Assembly: GCA_963745835.1 (NCBI GenBank)
Contig: CAVUZH010000014.1
Coordinates: forward strand, 448,001-512,000
DNA length: 64,000 bases
Source: an uncultured delta proteobacterium
GTDB lineage: Bacteria > Desulfobacterota > Binatia > UBA9968
Reading direction: 5' to 3'
The first letter of the stretch is position 1. Every line of letters starts with the position of its first letter. Position numbers and translations under genes: made by a program. The notes beneath the pieces were generated by a model. It made no database searches. It was not told the origin of the DNA and saw only the letters and a list, made by a program, of their open reading frames with translations. This document shows, one piece after another, positions 31,568 through 42,149 of the stretch.

Positions 31568-32035
31568 CTAGCTTTGATTGATTTTGTCGAGCTCATTAAA
31601 CAGATCGGAATTTTCCGGAACGCCCTTGTCGTACTCTTTGGCGAATCGAATCGTCCCCTGTTTGTCGATAATGAAGACCGCGCGCTTCGGCATCCCCTGC
31701 GGTCGCAAACAGTCATATTGAGCGCACACTGCGCCATGAGGCCAGAAGTCCGACAGCATCGGGAAGTTGATGCCACCCATTCTTTCGGCAAATACTTTGT
31801 GAGAGAAAACGGAATCGACACTTACGCTCAGAACCTGAGCGTCGCGGGCTTCGAATTCCTTGCGGTCTTTTTCGAAGCTGCTTAGCTCACGCTCTCACCC
31901 GCCGGTGAAATCCAGAGGATAGAAGGCCAACACTACGTTCTTGCTGCCCTGGTAATCCTTGAGTGATACATTATGTTCGCGTGAAATGGGCAGGGTGAAT
32001 TCGGGCGCTTTCTGCCCGACGCTTGGCATCGCCAT
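31568..32035 (-). CDS. AhpE-like peroxiredoxin selenoprotein, Sec47 at TGA 31897-31895
   Basis: AAGGAGG RBS; SVGQKAPEFTL...AFYPLDFTGG-TGA-ERELSSF...VSVDS...LSDFWPHGAV...RAVFIIDKQG. Confidence 0.9.
31848..31878 (-). promoter_or_regulatory. Candidate SECIS hairpin
   Basis: GCTTCGAA...CC-GCAA-GG...TTCGAAGC, stem starts 16 nt after TGA; loop differs from the other two. Confidence 0.4.
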
Positions 32036-32080
32036 ATCAACCTCCTTCTTGCTGTAAAATAAGGCTCGGGTTTAGCAGCT

Positions 32081-32623
32081 CTAAGCTTTCAAGTAAAGCT
32101 TAACGTAGTCCTTGAGGGCGTCGCGCGTGCTGTCGAAGGCGAGATCCGGCCAAGGAACCTGGCTGGCGACGAATGTGGCTGCTTCCACCGACTCATCTCC
32201 GGCGGCCAGCTCACCGCCTGTGATATGCGCCCGGTAAACAATGATGACATTGGGAGACTTCGGATAGGAATAAACATCGATAAGCCCGTCCAGTTCCACT
32301 CGAAGCCGCGACTCCTCAAGCGTCTCTCGCACCGCAGCCTCCTGAACACTCTCGCCGCGATCGACATAACCGCCGGGAAAGACCCATTTACCCATGGCCG
32401 GCTCAACGCCGCGCCGGAGCAATACAACACCGCCGTTCAATGTGAAAATCGTGCCGGCAACGACCTTCGGATCCTGATAAAAGATGAAAGAACAAGCTCG
32501 GCATACCAGGCGCTTTGGCTCCATCGCTTTGATCGATCTCTTCTCCAGCGCGCCGCCACAGCGAGGACAGAATCGGTATTCAACATGGCCGTGCGCATGA
32601 TGCTGATGATCTGCTGATGTCAT
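32081..32623 (-). CDS. NUDIX hydrolase with N-terminal zinc ribbon
   Basis: FCPRCG..CRAC; PGGYVDRGESVQEAAVRETLEE Nudix box. Confidence 0.93.
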   Translation of the reverse strand: MTSADHQHHAHGHVEYRFCPRCGGALEKRSIKAMEPKRLVCRACSFIFYQDPKVVAGTIFTLNGGVVLLRRGVEPAMGKWVFPGGYVDRGESVQEAAVRETLEESRLRVELDGLIDVYSYPKSPNVIIVYRAHITGGELAAGDESVEAATFVASQVPWPDLAFDSTRDALKDYVKLYLKA

Positions 32624-32681
32624 AGGTTCTTTTTACCGGATATTTACTTGAAGTAAAAGAAAACTTTCGGTACGGTCAACG

Positions 32682-33365
32682 ATGCTTCGCGCTGTCATTT
32701 TCGATTTTAACGGGATCATCGTCGACGACGAACCAATCCATTTCGAGCTATTCCAGCGGGTTCTCAAAGAGGAGGGCATCAAGCTCACCGAAGCAGACTA
32801 CTATGCTCGCTATCTTGGCTGCGACGATCGTGGCGCATTCACGACCGCGTATCGTGAGCATGGCCGAGCACTTAGCCATTCAAAGCTCGCCCACTTGATT
32901 GAACGCAAAGCCGCCTACTACCAGGAAGACATAAAGAGCAAGATGAGGGTCTTCCCTGGGGTCAAAACGCTAGTCCCCCACCTGGCGCGGAAACTACCTC
33001 TCGCCATCGCTTCGGGCGCTTTAAGAAACGAGATCGAGATCATTCTGTCGGGCATCGGACTCTCGGCACATTTCCGCGCGATCGTGAGCGCGGAGGACGT
33101 TACTCGGGGAAAGCCTGAGCCGGAAATTTTTCTAAAAACATTGGCGCAATTAAACGCCGCTCTCAGTAGCGATCATCCCATCAGCGCGGCCGAATGTCTG
33201 GTCATCGAAGATTCCAAGGAAGGAATCCGTGGCGCTCGTCGCGCCGGCATGAAATGTCTGGCTGTGACCAATTCGCATCCGGCGGAACTTCTCGATGAGG
33301 CCGACAGCATCGTCGATAGCTTAGAAGGGATCGGTCAGTCTCAACTTGAAGCCATATGCTCTTAG
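32682..33365 (+). CDS. HAD family phosphatase
   Basis: FDFNGII, GKPEPE, VIEDS. Confidence 0.92.
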   Translation: MLRAVIFDFNGIIVDDEPIHFELFQRVLKEEGIKLTEADYYARYLGCDDRGAFTTAYREHGRALSHSKLAHLIERKAAYYQEDIKSKMRVFPGVKTLVPHLARKLPLAIASGALRNEIEIILSGIGLSAHFRAIVSAEDVTRGKPEPEIFLKTLAQLNAALSSDHPISAAECLVIEDSKEGIRGARRAGMKCLAVTNSHPAELLDEADSIVDSLEGIGQSQLEAICS

Positions 33366-33379
33366 CGCCCGACTACGAA

Positions 33380-34099
33380 TTAACGGTAGGGACTTTTTTG
33401 TGGCCGCAGAGTGATTTCCACCGGACAACAGGTCGGCGCTGAGGCCAGGATGTAGTGAACCGTCTGCGCCACGTCCGCGGGTTGAATCATCTTGCTGCGG
33501 TCGAGTTGCCGGTTGGGCGGAATTAGTGGAGTATCGACAAATCCCGGCAAGATTACAGCAACCTTGATCCCGTACTCGCGCACTTCTTCATACAAGGATT
33601 GCGTGAATCCGATCAAGCCGAACTTCGACGCCGAATAGGCAGCGCCATTGGCTTCACCGGTTTTTCCTGAGACCGAACCGATATTGATCACTGCTCCCTC
33701 GCCTTTTTCAATCATGCTGGGGACAAGCGACCGGGCAAGAATCATTGGCGCGCGGAGATTGAGCCGCAACGTCTGATCCAAATCCTCACTTGGTACTTTG
33801 ACAACCGGCGCGCGCTTTCCCCAACCGGCATTGTTGATCAGGATATCGGGCGCTCCCATGCGCTGCTGGCTTTCTTCGACGAGCCGTTGAATCTCATCGT
33901 CGCGGCTCAAGTCTGCCGCGATAGTGATCGTCTCGCCGCCGGATGTCGATATTTCCTGCTGAACTTGTTCGAGCTGGGCCGATGTGCGGGCGGTTAAAAT
34001 GACCCGACAGCCGCCCTCCGCGAGATTGAACGCAACAGCCCTGCCGATGCCGCGGCCGGCACCGGTAACAATGGCTATTTTCCCCGCGAGGCTGTTCAC
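33380..34099 (-). CDS. SDR oxidoreductase
   Basis: TGAGRGIG, NNAG, YSASK. Confidence 0.93.
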   Translation of the reverse strand: MNSLAGKIAIVTGAGRGIGRAVAFNLAEGGCRVILTARTSAQLEQVQQEISTSGGETITIAADLSRDDEIQRLVEESQQRMGAPDILINNAGWGKRAPVVKVPSEDLDQTLRLNLRAPMILARSLVPSMIEKGEGAVINIGSVSGKTGEANGAAYSASKFGLIGFTQSLYEEVREYGIKVAVILPGFVDTPLIPPNRQLDRSKMIQPADVAQTVHYILASAPTCCPVEITLRPQKSPYR

Positions 34100-34142
34100 T
34101 GGAATGACTGCGAATCAGGGAATGAGGGTACTGGTTCAGTTT

Positions 34143-34270
34143 AGTCAAGATTTCTTTCCGTTTGAGATAACCGCTCGTGAAGTTCGCTGGAACTGAGGCG
34201 TACGGGCAGTAACGTTGAAGCGAGCCGGGCAAGCGCAAGGACGCATATGAGGCTTTTTCACCAGGTCTGC
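34143..34270 (+). repeat. Degenerate copy of an intergenic palindromic repeat (REP/MITE-like)
   Basis: GAGGCGTACG..AGTA.CGT..AGCGAG..AGCGCAA.GA.GCA.ATGA..TTTTTCACCAG shared with 50922-51044. Confidence 0.65.
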
Positions 34271-34692
34271 TAATGAACGGTTGACGGATCGCTTTGCGGC
34301 CCCAAGGGCGCCACCGATGAGCCGTGATGGTGGATCATTCGCCAAGCGCCGGCGTTTTTGAGAAAAACATTCGTAGCCAAAATTGTTACTGAGATGTTCT
34401 GACCCTCAAGGGAACTGGTCAGATTTTCATAGAGCGTCACCCAAGCCACGTTACCGCGGACGTCCACCGAGACATCGGTCAGCATGAACCGCATTGAGGG
34501 TGTGTTCTCAAAAATGCGCCGCCAGCTTTCCATGACGGGTTCCCATCCCCTCAAGATCCGCCACCCCGGATGCCCGCATTGAATGTCGCAATCTTTCGCC
34601 CAAATCCTTTCCATCTCTTTGATGTCAAGGCTTTCGAAAGCACGATAGAAGCTCTCGTTGGCCCTGACAACTTCCAGTTTCTCTTCCTGCAT
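34270..34692 (-). CDS. SnoaL/NTF2-like protein
   Basis: ANESFYRAFE, HPGW, ATNVF...WRMIHHHGS. Confidence 0.88.
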   Translation of the reverse strand: MQEEKLEVVRANESFYRAFESLDIKEMERIWAKDCDIQCGHPGWRILRGWEPVMESWRRIFENTPSMRFMLTDVSVDVRGNVAWVTLYENLTSSLEGQNISVTILATNVFLKNAGAWRMIHHHGSSVAPLGPQSDPSTVH

Positions 34693-34697
34693 TTGAG

Positions 34698-35019
34698 TCA
34701 ATGCGACGGGTTGGGCGTGATAAACACCAGCACCACCAATTGCTGCTTGGCTGCGATTGCTGACCCCGTGATTTTGTCCTGAAGCAGCCAGCGCCATTTC
34801 TCCCGCGCCTAATTCTTTCTCTTCGTTGCCGACTTGAAACAGACCCCGTCCCTCGACGACGTAGTAAACCTTGTCCTGTCCATCGTGCGTGTGCGGCGCC
34901 TGGGTTTGTCCCGGCTCGAAACAGTAAACATCGCAGACAAACCGATCCGTCCCAAACAGCATATTTTTTTTCATCTTGTCGGCAGCGAACTGCTTTGCCT
35001 CGGCGAGACTTTTGAACAT
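34698..35019 (-). CDS. Cupin domain protein, 1-nt frameshift near 34750
   Basis: PHTH...YYVVEG...HGVSN; a shifted frame gives the typical end QQLVVLVFITPNPSH-stop. Confidence 0.8.
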
Positions 35020-35116
35020 AGGTGTGTTTCCTGACTTGGCCTATTGAATAGCTGACCGGATACTACCATAGGGGTAAAAACATGCAAAACCACGCGGAAT
35101 TTGTTATCGCTTAACG

Positions 35117-36291
35117 ATGGATTCGGTACTGATTCGTTATCACGAGATCGCCTTGAAGAAGGGCAATCGCCGGTACTTCATCGAGCTGCTTAAGCGAAAT
35201 CTTATCTCAGCGGTCAAGGATCTCGGCATCAAAGAGATTCGTAGCCTGCCCGCTCGCCTTTTACTGACGTTCAAAGCCGACTACGATACCGAAGTTTTAA
35301 TCGAGCGAATCCGGAGCGTATTCGGCGTAGCAAATTTTTCCATGGTTGAACGAACGCCGAGGGATATCGAAACTCTTCGCGATCGAATCCTCGAATCGCT
35401 TGACGGCAGCCGATTTAGTTCCTTCCGTATCGATACCCAACGCGGCGATAAGACATTCGCTTTGAAGTCGCCGGAGATCAATCGGCAACTTGGCGCCGCG
35501 GTAAAAAATCAAACAGGCGCGCGTGTAGACCTGACCAATGCGGAATTGACGGTGACGGTGGAAATCCTGCCGCGGGACGCTTTCTTTGGTTTCAATAAAA
35601 TTGCCGGACCTGGGGGCTTACCGGTCGGGGCCAGCGGCAGAGTGGTTGCGCTCATTTCGGGAGGCATCGATTCACCGGTCGGCGCTTATCGGATGATGCA
35701 GCGCGGTTGTCGTTTGATCTTCGTTCACTTTCACAGCACTCCGTATCTCGATCAGACGTCTCAGGAGAAAGTGCGCCAGCTCGTCGCGCGAGCTGACCCG
35801 CCGCCAATTCCAATCGCGGCTTTACCTGATCCCATTCGGAGAGATTCAGCGGCAAATCGTTGCCGCTGTCGCCCGACCGCTGCGGGTCATCTTATATCGG
35901 CGAATGATGCTGCGAATTGCCGAGCAGGTCGCGCGTCGCGAAAAATGCCAAGCCCTGGTTACCGGCGAAAGTCTTGCTCAGGTGGCGTCACAAACCTTGG
36001 AGAATATGGCGGTGATTCAACAGGCAGCGCAGCTGCCGATTCTTCGGCCGCTGGTCGGAATGGACAAACAGGAAATCATCGATCAGGCGCGCCGCATCGG
36101 CACTTACGAGATCTCCTCGATTCCAGACCAGGACTGTTGCCAGCTTTTCGTTCCGAAACATCCGGCTACCAAGGCGCGCCTCGCTGACGTCCGGAGAGGA
36201 TGAAAGCAGGCTCGACATAGAGGCACTGATCCGTCTAGGAACTACCAACGCCACCGAGGAACAATTCATTTTTCCCGCACCGGCTCGGTAA
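35117..36291 (+). CDS. thiI: tRNA 4-thiouridine synthase ThiI (no rhodanese domain), frameshifts near 35790 and 36195
   Basis: RYHEIALKKGNR, THUMP, SGGIDS, TGESLAQVASQTL, RPLVGMDKQEI, DCC. Confidence 0.9.
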
Positions 36292-36545
36292 TTTGTCCTT
36301 CTCCGCATATTGATGGCCCCGTTGAAGTGAACCGTAATCGGAGAACAACAGCGGCCAAACGATCGCGTCCCGCCGCGGCTATCCTGAGGGGGCGGTATCT
36401 ATGCCAAGAGTATATCTGTCATTGTGCTGACGGTGGGATATGCCGGGCGCGGCCACGCTTAATCTTAACCAGACTCCGGCATGAGGCAGCGAGAACCTTC
36501 GACTCAACTACGGCATAGTTGAGCAGCGATGCCATAGTTGATTGG

Positions 36546-37517
36546 TTAAATGTATTGTTGAATCCGCTGCAGGCTCGGTGGAAAAAATAACTCCTCCGGC
36601 TCGAGCTTTCGTTTGATCATTCCTTGCTCGTATTCGTATCGGATTGCCGCCTCCAACGTCCTTCGGTTGTCTTCCAGATTGTAGGGCCAAGGGTCGGGAC
36701 CAAAGATCTCGCGTTGTTCTCGGATAAGATCCTGAACCCAGACAAGGGCAAAACTGCGCGGATCGCTATTGCGTTCGTAACAAATCTCTTTCGCTCTCTG
36801 AAACGCCCGCACCAGGCTGACTCCCACCCACGGGTTTTTCTCGAGAATCGTGTTCTTCACAACGACGGTGTGCATGATCGGAAAGTGGCCGCCGTTTTTG
36901 TAGTACTCCATTTCGGCCTTCTTTGGATCGGCAAACAACAAGGCCACTTTAGGCGAGCCCTTTTTTATCGATGGCAACGTCTCCGGATAGAGCGCCGCTT
37001 CGAGTTCGCCATCGAGCAGCATTTGATCGACGTTTTTCCCCGGCGGCACGCGCTTGACGTTCATCCACTTTGCCGGTTCGAAAGCGATGTCCTCTTCCTC
37101 CTGGCACCACCATTCGATGGACTTCAAGTCGACGCCGTAATAGTCCTGAAGGATGCCGCGCATCCACAGCCCGGCGGAGTTCTGTAAGGTATCAAGAGCC
37201 ACTCTCTTGCCGTTTAGGTCCGACGGTTTGTCGATGCCGCAGCCGGTTCTCTTGACCATGTAGGAGTGCCGAAACCGGCGGTGCGGGAAAACCGGAATCG
37301 CGGTGTAGTTGCAGCCGCGATCATGAGACACCAAATAGGCGATCAGTGACAGCTCGCAGACGTCGAATTCTTCATGCCGGAGCATCCGGCCATGCCGCTC
37401 TGGAGAGGGCATGGTGAGTACATTTAAATCAATACCCTGCGGCTGGATTTCGCCATTGATCAATGGCCGCAAGAAATCATAGTCGCCGCAAGCCAGGGTA
37501 AGTTTCAATCTGGACAT
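36546..37517 (-). CDS. 4,5-dihydroxyphthalate decarboxylase-like protein (SBP fold)
   Basis: LTLACGDYD, FDVCELS, IPVFPHRRFRHS, WMRGILQD, FPIMHTVV, DPWPY. Confidence 0.8.
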   Translation of the reverse strand: MSRLKLTLACGDYDFLRPLINGEIQPQGIDLNVLTMPSPERHGRMLRHEEFDVCELSLIAYLVSHDRGCNYTAIPVFPHRRFRHSYMVKRTGCGIDKPSDLNGKRVALDTLQNSAGLWMRGILQDYYGVDLKSIEWWCQEEEDIAFEPAKWMNVKRVPPGKNVDQMLLDGELEAALYPETLPSIKKGSPKVALLFADPKKAEMEYYKNGGHFPIMHTVVVKNTILEKNPWVGVSLVRAFQRAKEICYERNSDPRSFALVWVQDLIREQREIFGPDPWPYNLEDNRRTLEAAIRYEYEQGMIKRKLEPEELFFPPSLQRIQQYI

Positions 37518-38108
37518 TTATTCTCCTCTAACATGTTGTCGATATAATTCAGGGGTATCGATATCTAAGGTGATGCCCTCATCCTGCCATTCAATCTCCA
37601 GTGTCTCTTGGCGATGCGCATTAACCACCGCCTTGGCGCCCTGATCAAAGGGAGCATTGAGCAACTCTCCGAATAGTTGCCGCGAAAAAATAACCGGGTG
37701 ACCGCGCTTCCCTTTATAGCGCGGCACCACGATCATTTTTTTTGTTTCGAAGAAACTCTCGATCAGCGCGTCCACCAGCGCAACATCGATAAACGGATGA
37801 TCCACTAAATGCACCAGCATGCCATCGCAGCGATCATCGCCACTGATATGACGTATGGCCGCCTGCAAGGACGATAGTTGGCCGCTGCGGTAATCGGGAT
37901 TGATCACGACCTCGACCGGCAAATGCTCGATTTGGCCGCGCAACTGATCGGCATGATGACCCAAGACAACGATGGTTCGACCTACCCTGCTTTGCCCGAT
38001 CACACGGATGATCCGTTCGATAAACTTCTGGCCTTGGATGGGCAGCAGCGCCTTGGGACGGCCCATGCGACTGGACTCGCCCGCGGAAAGAACAACGGCG
38101 ATGATCAT
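37518..38108 (-). CDS. MocA/YgfJ-like nucleotidyltransferase
   Basis: VLSAGESSRMGRPKALL, LVDHP, GHPVIF, DIDTPE. Confidence 0.9.
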   Translation of the reverse strand: MIIAVVLSAGESSRMGRPKALLPIQGQKFIERIIRVIGQSRVGRTIVVLGHHADQLRGQIEHLPVEVVINPDYRSGQLSSLQAAIRHISGDDRCDGMLVHLVDHPFIDVALVDALIESFFETKKMIVVPRYKGKRGHPVIFSRQLFGELLNAPFDQGAKAVVNAHRQETLEIEWQDEGITLDIDTPELYRQHVRGE

Positions 38109-38124
38109 GCGTATTTTGTGTGAC

Positions 38125-39111
38125 CTACTTGTAGACTTTGTCGATAAACCCGGTCTTCTCCAATTCGCGTACGATGCTGTCGTCGACGATATCCTCGACG
38201 CGCAAAGTAGCGCCCGGCTTTCGCGCCAGCGCCTCTTTGATTTGCACCTCGGTTCCTTCGCGGGTAACCAATGGGACACGATCGTGCAACTTCACGTTGG
38301 CGGCCCAGGATGACTCTAGGAATTGCGGATTGTTCTGACGCGTGTACTTGGCGATAAATTTCATGGTGTCTTGCTTACGAGTCTTAAGGAAATGGGTCGC
38401 TTCGATGAGCGCCATCGTGAGCTTTCTCAAAGTTTCCCGGTTGCTCGCCAGATAACTCTTTGTGGTGGTAGAGCAAATATAGGGAAAATCGAAACGCTTT
38501 TGAAAGTCCGCCGTGCTGATCATGATCCGATGGGGCATACCCTTGGCAAGGTGAATGGTTCCGGGCGGTGACGGAAAGCCGACGATTTTACCCGTTCTAA
38601 ACGCCGCCGCTCGCTCCGACGGGCCACCCACTTGCATGATTGGCACGTCCTTCACCGGCTCCAAACCCAATCCTTTGATCAGTACCCTTGCCGCCACATC
38701 CGAGGCACTTCCCACGCGGCTGATGCCGACGCTTTTCCCCTTCAAATCTTCCACCGATTTCACCGACTCCTGAACCACCAGTTCGTAGGGCAACGTATTG
38801 ATGTAGCATGCGGTCATGATCAGGTTGGCGCCGGCCACGACTGCACTCGCCACCGCGCCCCCGGAGCTGTTGGCAACCTGAATATCGCCTGAAACCAACG
38901 TGGAGACGCTCATTGTCGAGCTTTGGATGAAAACCAGCTCGACATCGAGTCCATGTTTCCTATACAGCCCCGCATCGAGTGCGGTGAACCACACCACATT
39001 GGATGCGTCGGCTGAACTGTAGGCGATTTTGATCCGTTCTTGGCTAAAGGACTGCGCCGTCAGAACTAACAACAAAACAACTGCCAACCATGTCTCTACC
39101 ACGATCCTCAT
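38125..39111 (-). CDS. ABC transporter substrate-binding protein (NMT1/SsuA-like)
   Basis: Signal peptide, KHGLDVEL, DLKGKSVGISRVGS. Confidence 0.9.
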   Translation of the reverse strand: MRIVVETWLAVVLLLVLTAQSFSQERIKIAYSSADASNVVWFTALDAGLYRKHGLDVELVFIQSSTMSVSTLVSGDIQVANSSGGAVASAVVAGANLIMTACYINTLPYELVVQESVKSVEDLKGKSVGISRVGSASDVAARVLIKGLGLEPVKDVPIMQVGGPSERAAAFRTGKIVGFPSPPGTIHLAKGMPHRIMISTADFQKRFDFPYICSTTTKSYLASNRETLRKLTMALIEATHFLKTRKQDTMKFIAKYTRQNNPQFLESSWAANVKLHDRVPLVTREGTEVQIKEALARKPGATLRVEDIVDDSIVRELEKTGFIDKVYK

Positions 39112-39260
39112 CGTACCTCCGAAACGCGCGATGAAACTTTTCTAGCACACAAGCTTGCGTAGGAAACAATAACGAAAAGTGGGACGATCGAATGATGGGC
39201 AAGGTGGTCAACGAAACGTGGCTGTTCAAGGGAACGGGCCCGTAAAAGAACTACGAAAGA

Positions 39261-40364
39261 TTACTGCTCGGCAGGCAGGGCCATACAGTCGCCCACCGGC
39301 AATTCCACCCAAACAGTGTCGCCGCGGCGCACTCGAAGCGAATGGGGTTGATGAGTCTCTAGGACATTCTTGCCGAGCTCGATTGTGCAATCGACATACT
39401 CGCCGAGAAACATCGCCGCACCGATCTTACCCTCCAAGAGATTGTCTCCCTGCGAGGGCTTCTTTTGATGCAAGACAATGCTTTCCGGGCGCACCACAAC
39501 GACGACCTTGTCGCCGGCTTTCAATTCACTCAAAATCCCGCAGGAGATTTCCCCCTCTTCGGTTCTCACGATGCCGGTTCCATCGCCTCCCCGGTTTGTG
39601 ACTTGCCCGCTGATTTGATTGGTCGAGCCGATGAATTGCGCGACAAATTTGCTCCTGGGCTGAAGATAGATCTCGCGCGGAGTCCCTTCCTGAACAGTCA
39701 CCCCGGCGCTCATCACCGCAATGACATTGGACATCGATAATGCTTCGATCTGATCATGCGTAACATACAAGGTAGTGATGCCCAGGCGCCGCTGCAATTC
39801 GCGAAGCTCCACGCGCATGCGCTCGCGCAGCTTGGCATCGAGATTACTTAGCGGCTCATCCAAGAGCAGGACTTTCGGCTCTCGGACCAGCGCCCGAGCT
39901 AACGCAAGACGTTGCTGCTGGCCGCCGGAAAGCTGCGTCGCCATACGGTCTTCGTAACCTCCCAACTCGACCTGCTCAACGGCGGTCATCACCTTCCTTC
40001 GAATCACGTCGTTGCTCACCTTCTGTTTGCCCACCCTCAGGGGAAAGGCGACATTCTCAAAAACTGTCATGTGCGGCCAAATGGCATAGCTCTGGAAAAC
40101 CATGCCGATAGGCCGGCGATAAGCCGGCACAAACGTGCGCCCAGAGGCGGAAAAAACCTTCTCTCCCGCGACGATGATTTCGCCTTCGTCCGCCTTTTCC
40201 AAGCCGGCGATACATCTAAGCGTCGTCGTCTTGCCACAACCCGAGGGTCCCAAAAGGGTATAGAATCGTCCCTCTTCAACATTGAAGGAGACCCGGTCAA
40301 CCGCCCTTACTCCGGCGTTCTTACCGTCGGCAAAGATCTTAACCAATGACTTAACTTCGATCAC
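39261..40364 (-). CDS. ABC transporter ATP-binding protein (FbpC/PotA-like)
   Basis: GPSGCGKT, LSGGQQQR, LLLDEP, TOBE tail. Confidence 0.96.
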   Translation of the reverse strand: MIEVKSLVKIFADGKNAGVRAVDRVSFNVEEGRFYTLLGPSGCGKTTTLRCIAGLEKADEGEIIVAGEKVFSASGRTFVPAYRRPIGMVFQSYAIWPHMTVFENVAFPLRVGKQKVSNDVIRRKVMTAVEQVELGGYEDRMATQLSGGQQQRLALARALVREPKVLLLDEPLSNLDAKLRERMRVELRELQRRLGITTLYVTHDQIEALSMSNVIAVMSAGVTVQEGTPREIYLQPRSKFVAQFIGSTNQISGQVTNRGGDGTGIVRTEEGEISCGILSELKAGDKVVVVVRPESIVLHQKKPSQGDNLLEGKIGAAMFLGEYVDCTIELGKNVLETHQPHSLRVRRGDTVWVELPVGDCMALPAEQ

Positions 40365-40376
40365 AACTGCTTTCCC

Positions 40377-42107
40377 TTATGTCTGAATGCCAAACCGTCC
40401 AGAGACTTTGTAAAAAACCGCCACTATCGAAAGCAAGACAACAATCATCAAGATCCCGATGGCCGCGACAATCGTCACCTGCCCTTGCTCAAACATGGTA
40501 AACAACAGAATCGATAGCACGCGGCTGTCCCCGGTTGCCAGCAACACTGAAGTCGAAAATTCGCGAAATGAAACGATGCAGATGTAAATCCAACCGGCGG
40601 CAATTCCCGGCCTGAGAAGCGGCAAAGTCACACGCTTGAAGGTCTGCCACCATGACGCTCCTGAAGCGGAGGCTGCCTCTTCCAATTCGCTATGAATCTG
40701 CACAATGGCGCCGGACGCCGAGCGCATGCCATAAGGCATATAACGGGTCACATAGGCGATCAGCAGCAACCAGATCGTTCCATAAATCGGCAAGGGAAAA
40801 GCGACATAAAGAAGAATCAAAGCCATGCCCATGACGATGCCCGGAACGGTAATCGGTATGAAAGCCAAAAAATCCAGCAGCCATGATCCAGGAACCCGGC
40901 TTTTATAGACAACCCAGGCGATCAGGGACGTCAGCATCATCGCAACTGTAGCGGTTAGCGTCGCGAGAATGATGCTATTTTTAAGCGCATCCCAGAACGG
41001 CCTGAATCCCCCGAGGTAGCGATAATTATCGAAGCTTAACTTCTCCACGGCATCCCAGCCGGGAGTGGCGAAGAACGGCAGGAACGACGCCCAGAATAAC
41101 ACCAGAAATGGAAGGAGGACGACGAACACGAAATAGACCATCAGGAAGCTGAAGCCGACCCATTTCCATGGCCCGAGATCGAACTGGCGTGGACGAAAAG
41201 CTTTACCGGTCACGGTTTGAAATTTTTTGCTTTCCCGCGTCGATCGGGTGTACAGCCAAACGCCTATGGCGCTCAGCAAAAGTAAGCCCACTGCCAGCGC
41301 AGCGCCCCTTCCATAATCAGGCGGGTACTCGTTAAAAGCTAAATAAATTTCACTAGTGTAGACGTAAATACGCGCCGGAATACCGATAAGCGCCGGCGTT
41401 TCGAATGATTCCAATGTGCGAACGAATAGAATCAAAAGCACGGAAGCGGTGGTTGGCATAAGCAAGCGAAACGTCACACGACGAAAGGTCTGCCATGTAT
41501 TCGCCCCCGACATCATCGCCGACTCCTCCAGCGAAGGATCCATCGATTTGAACGCCGCGACCATAAGCAGGAATGCCAGCGGCACCTGCCCGACCGAATG
41601 AACCCAGATCATGCCGGGAAGAGAAAACACATTGAAAGGAGGCGATTGCAACCCGAAGAGCCATTGTAGCCAGACGTTGAGATAACCGAACTTGGGGCTC
41701 AGAAGAAATATCCAGGCGATCGACTCGAGCACGCCCGGCAGGATCAGCGGCACGACCGCAATCGGCACGAAAAGACCTCGTAGCGGTGTATTGGTCCTTT
41801 CGGTGAGCCACGCCAGCATCGTCCCCAGCAGAAATGTCAATGTCGCCGATCCCGATGCGAAAATGATGGAATTTACGAAAGTTGAATAGGTATACGGGCT
41901 GGCGTAGGCAGCATAATAATTTTCCAGAGTAACAACAAATTCTCTCGGCGCAATTTCCTTCTCGAAGCTGCCGTAAACCAGCATGAACAACGGCAACACC
42001 GCCAGATAGATCAGGACGGCGGCGCCGATAATGGGAATTATCAGCGCCGGCTCGCGCAATAGTCGAAAGCCCGTCGTCTCGGTTCTTGGCAAAACGTCTG
42101 TCGCCAT
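40377..42107 (-). CDS. ABC transporter permease (FbpB-like, two TM domains)
   Basis: Two EAA loops (SLEESAMMSGA, ELEEAASASGA). Confidence 0.95.
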   Translation of the reverse strand: MATDVLPRTETTGFRLLREPALIIPIIGAAVLIYLAVLPLFMLVYGSFEKEIAPREFVVTLENYYAAYASPYTYSTFVNSIIFASGSATLTFLLGTMLAWLTERTNTPLRGLFVPIAVVPLILPGVLESIAWIFLLSPKFGYLNVWLQWLFGLQSPPFNVFSLPGMIWVHSVGQVPLAFLLMVAAFKSMDPSLEESAMMSGANTWQTFRRVTFRLLMPTTASVLLILFVRTLESFETPALIGIPARIYVYTSEIYLAFNEYPPDYGRGAALAVGLLLLSAIGVWLYTRSTRESKKFQTVTGKAFRPRQFDLGPWKWVGFSFLMVYFVFVVLLPFLVLFWASFLPFFATPGWDAVEKLSFDNYRYLGGFRPFWDALKNSIILATLTATVAMMLTSLIAWVVYKSRVPGSWLLDFLAFIPITVPGIVMGMALILLYVAFPLPIYGTIWLLLIAYVTRYMPYGMRSASGAIVQIHSELEEAASASGASWWQTFKRVTLPLLRPGIAAGWIYICIVSFREFSTSVLLATGDSRVLSILLFTMFEQGQVTIVAAIGILMIVVLLSIVAVFYKVSGRFGIQT

Positions 42108-42149
42108 GATTAATCAAGCCTCCGGCTTCAGGTTCCTACCATAGACTTG

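Noticed and set aside
8983-32035. Genome-wide UGA reassignment (Trp/Gly code)
   Set aside because: Many genes end normally at TGA (e.g. 16858, 19268, 20125) and readthrough is needed only at catalytic Cys positions
34270-35019. Novel cupin-SnoaL fusion protein
   Set aside because: A 1-nt shift restores a normal cupin C-terminus and stop just before the SnoaL ATG; likely an indel artefact
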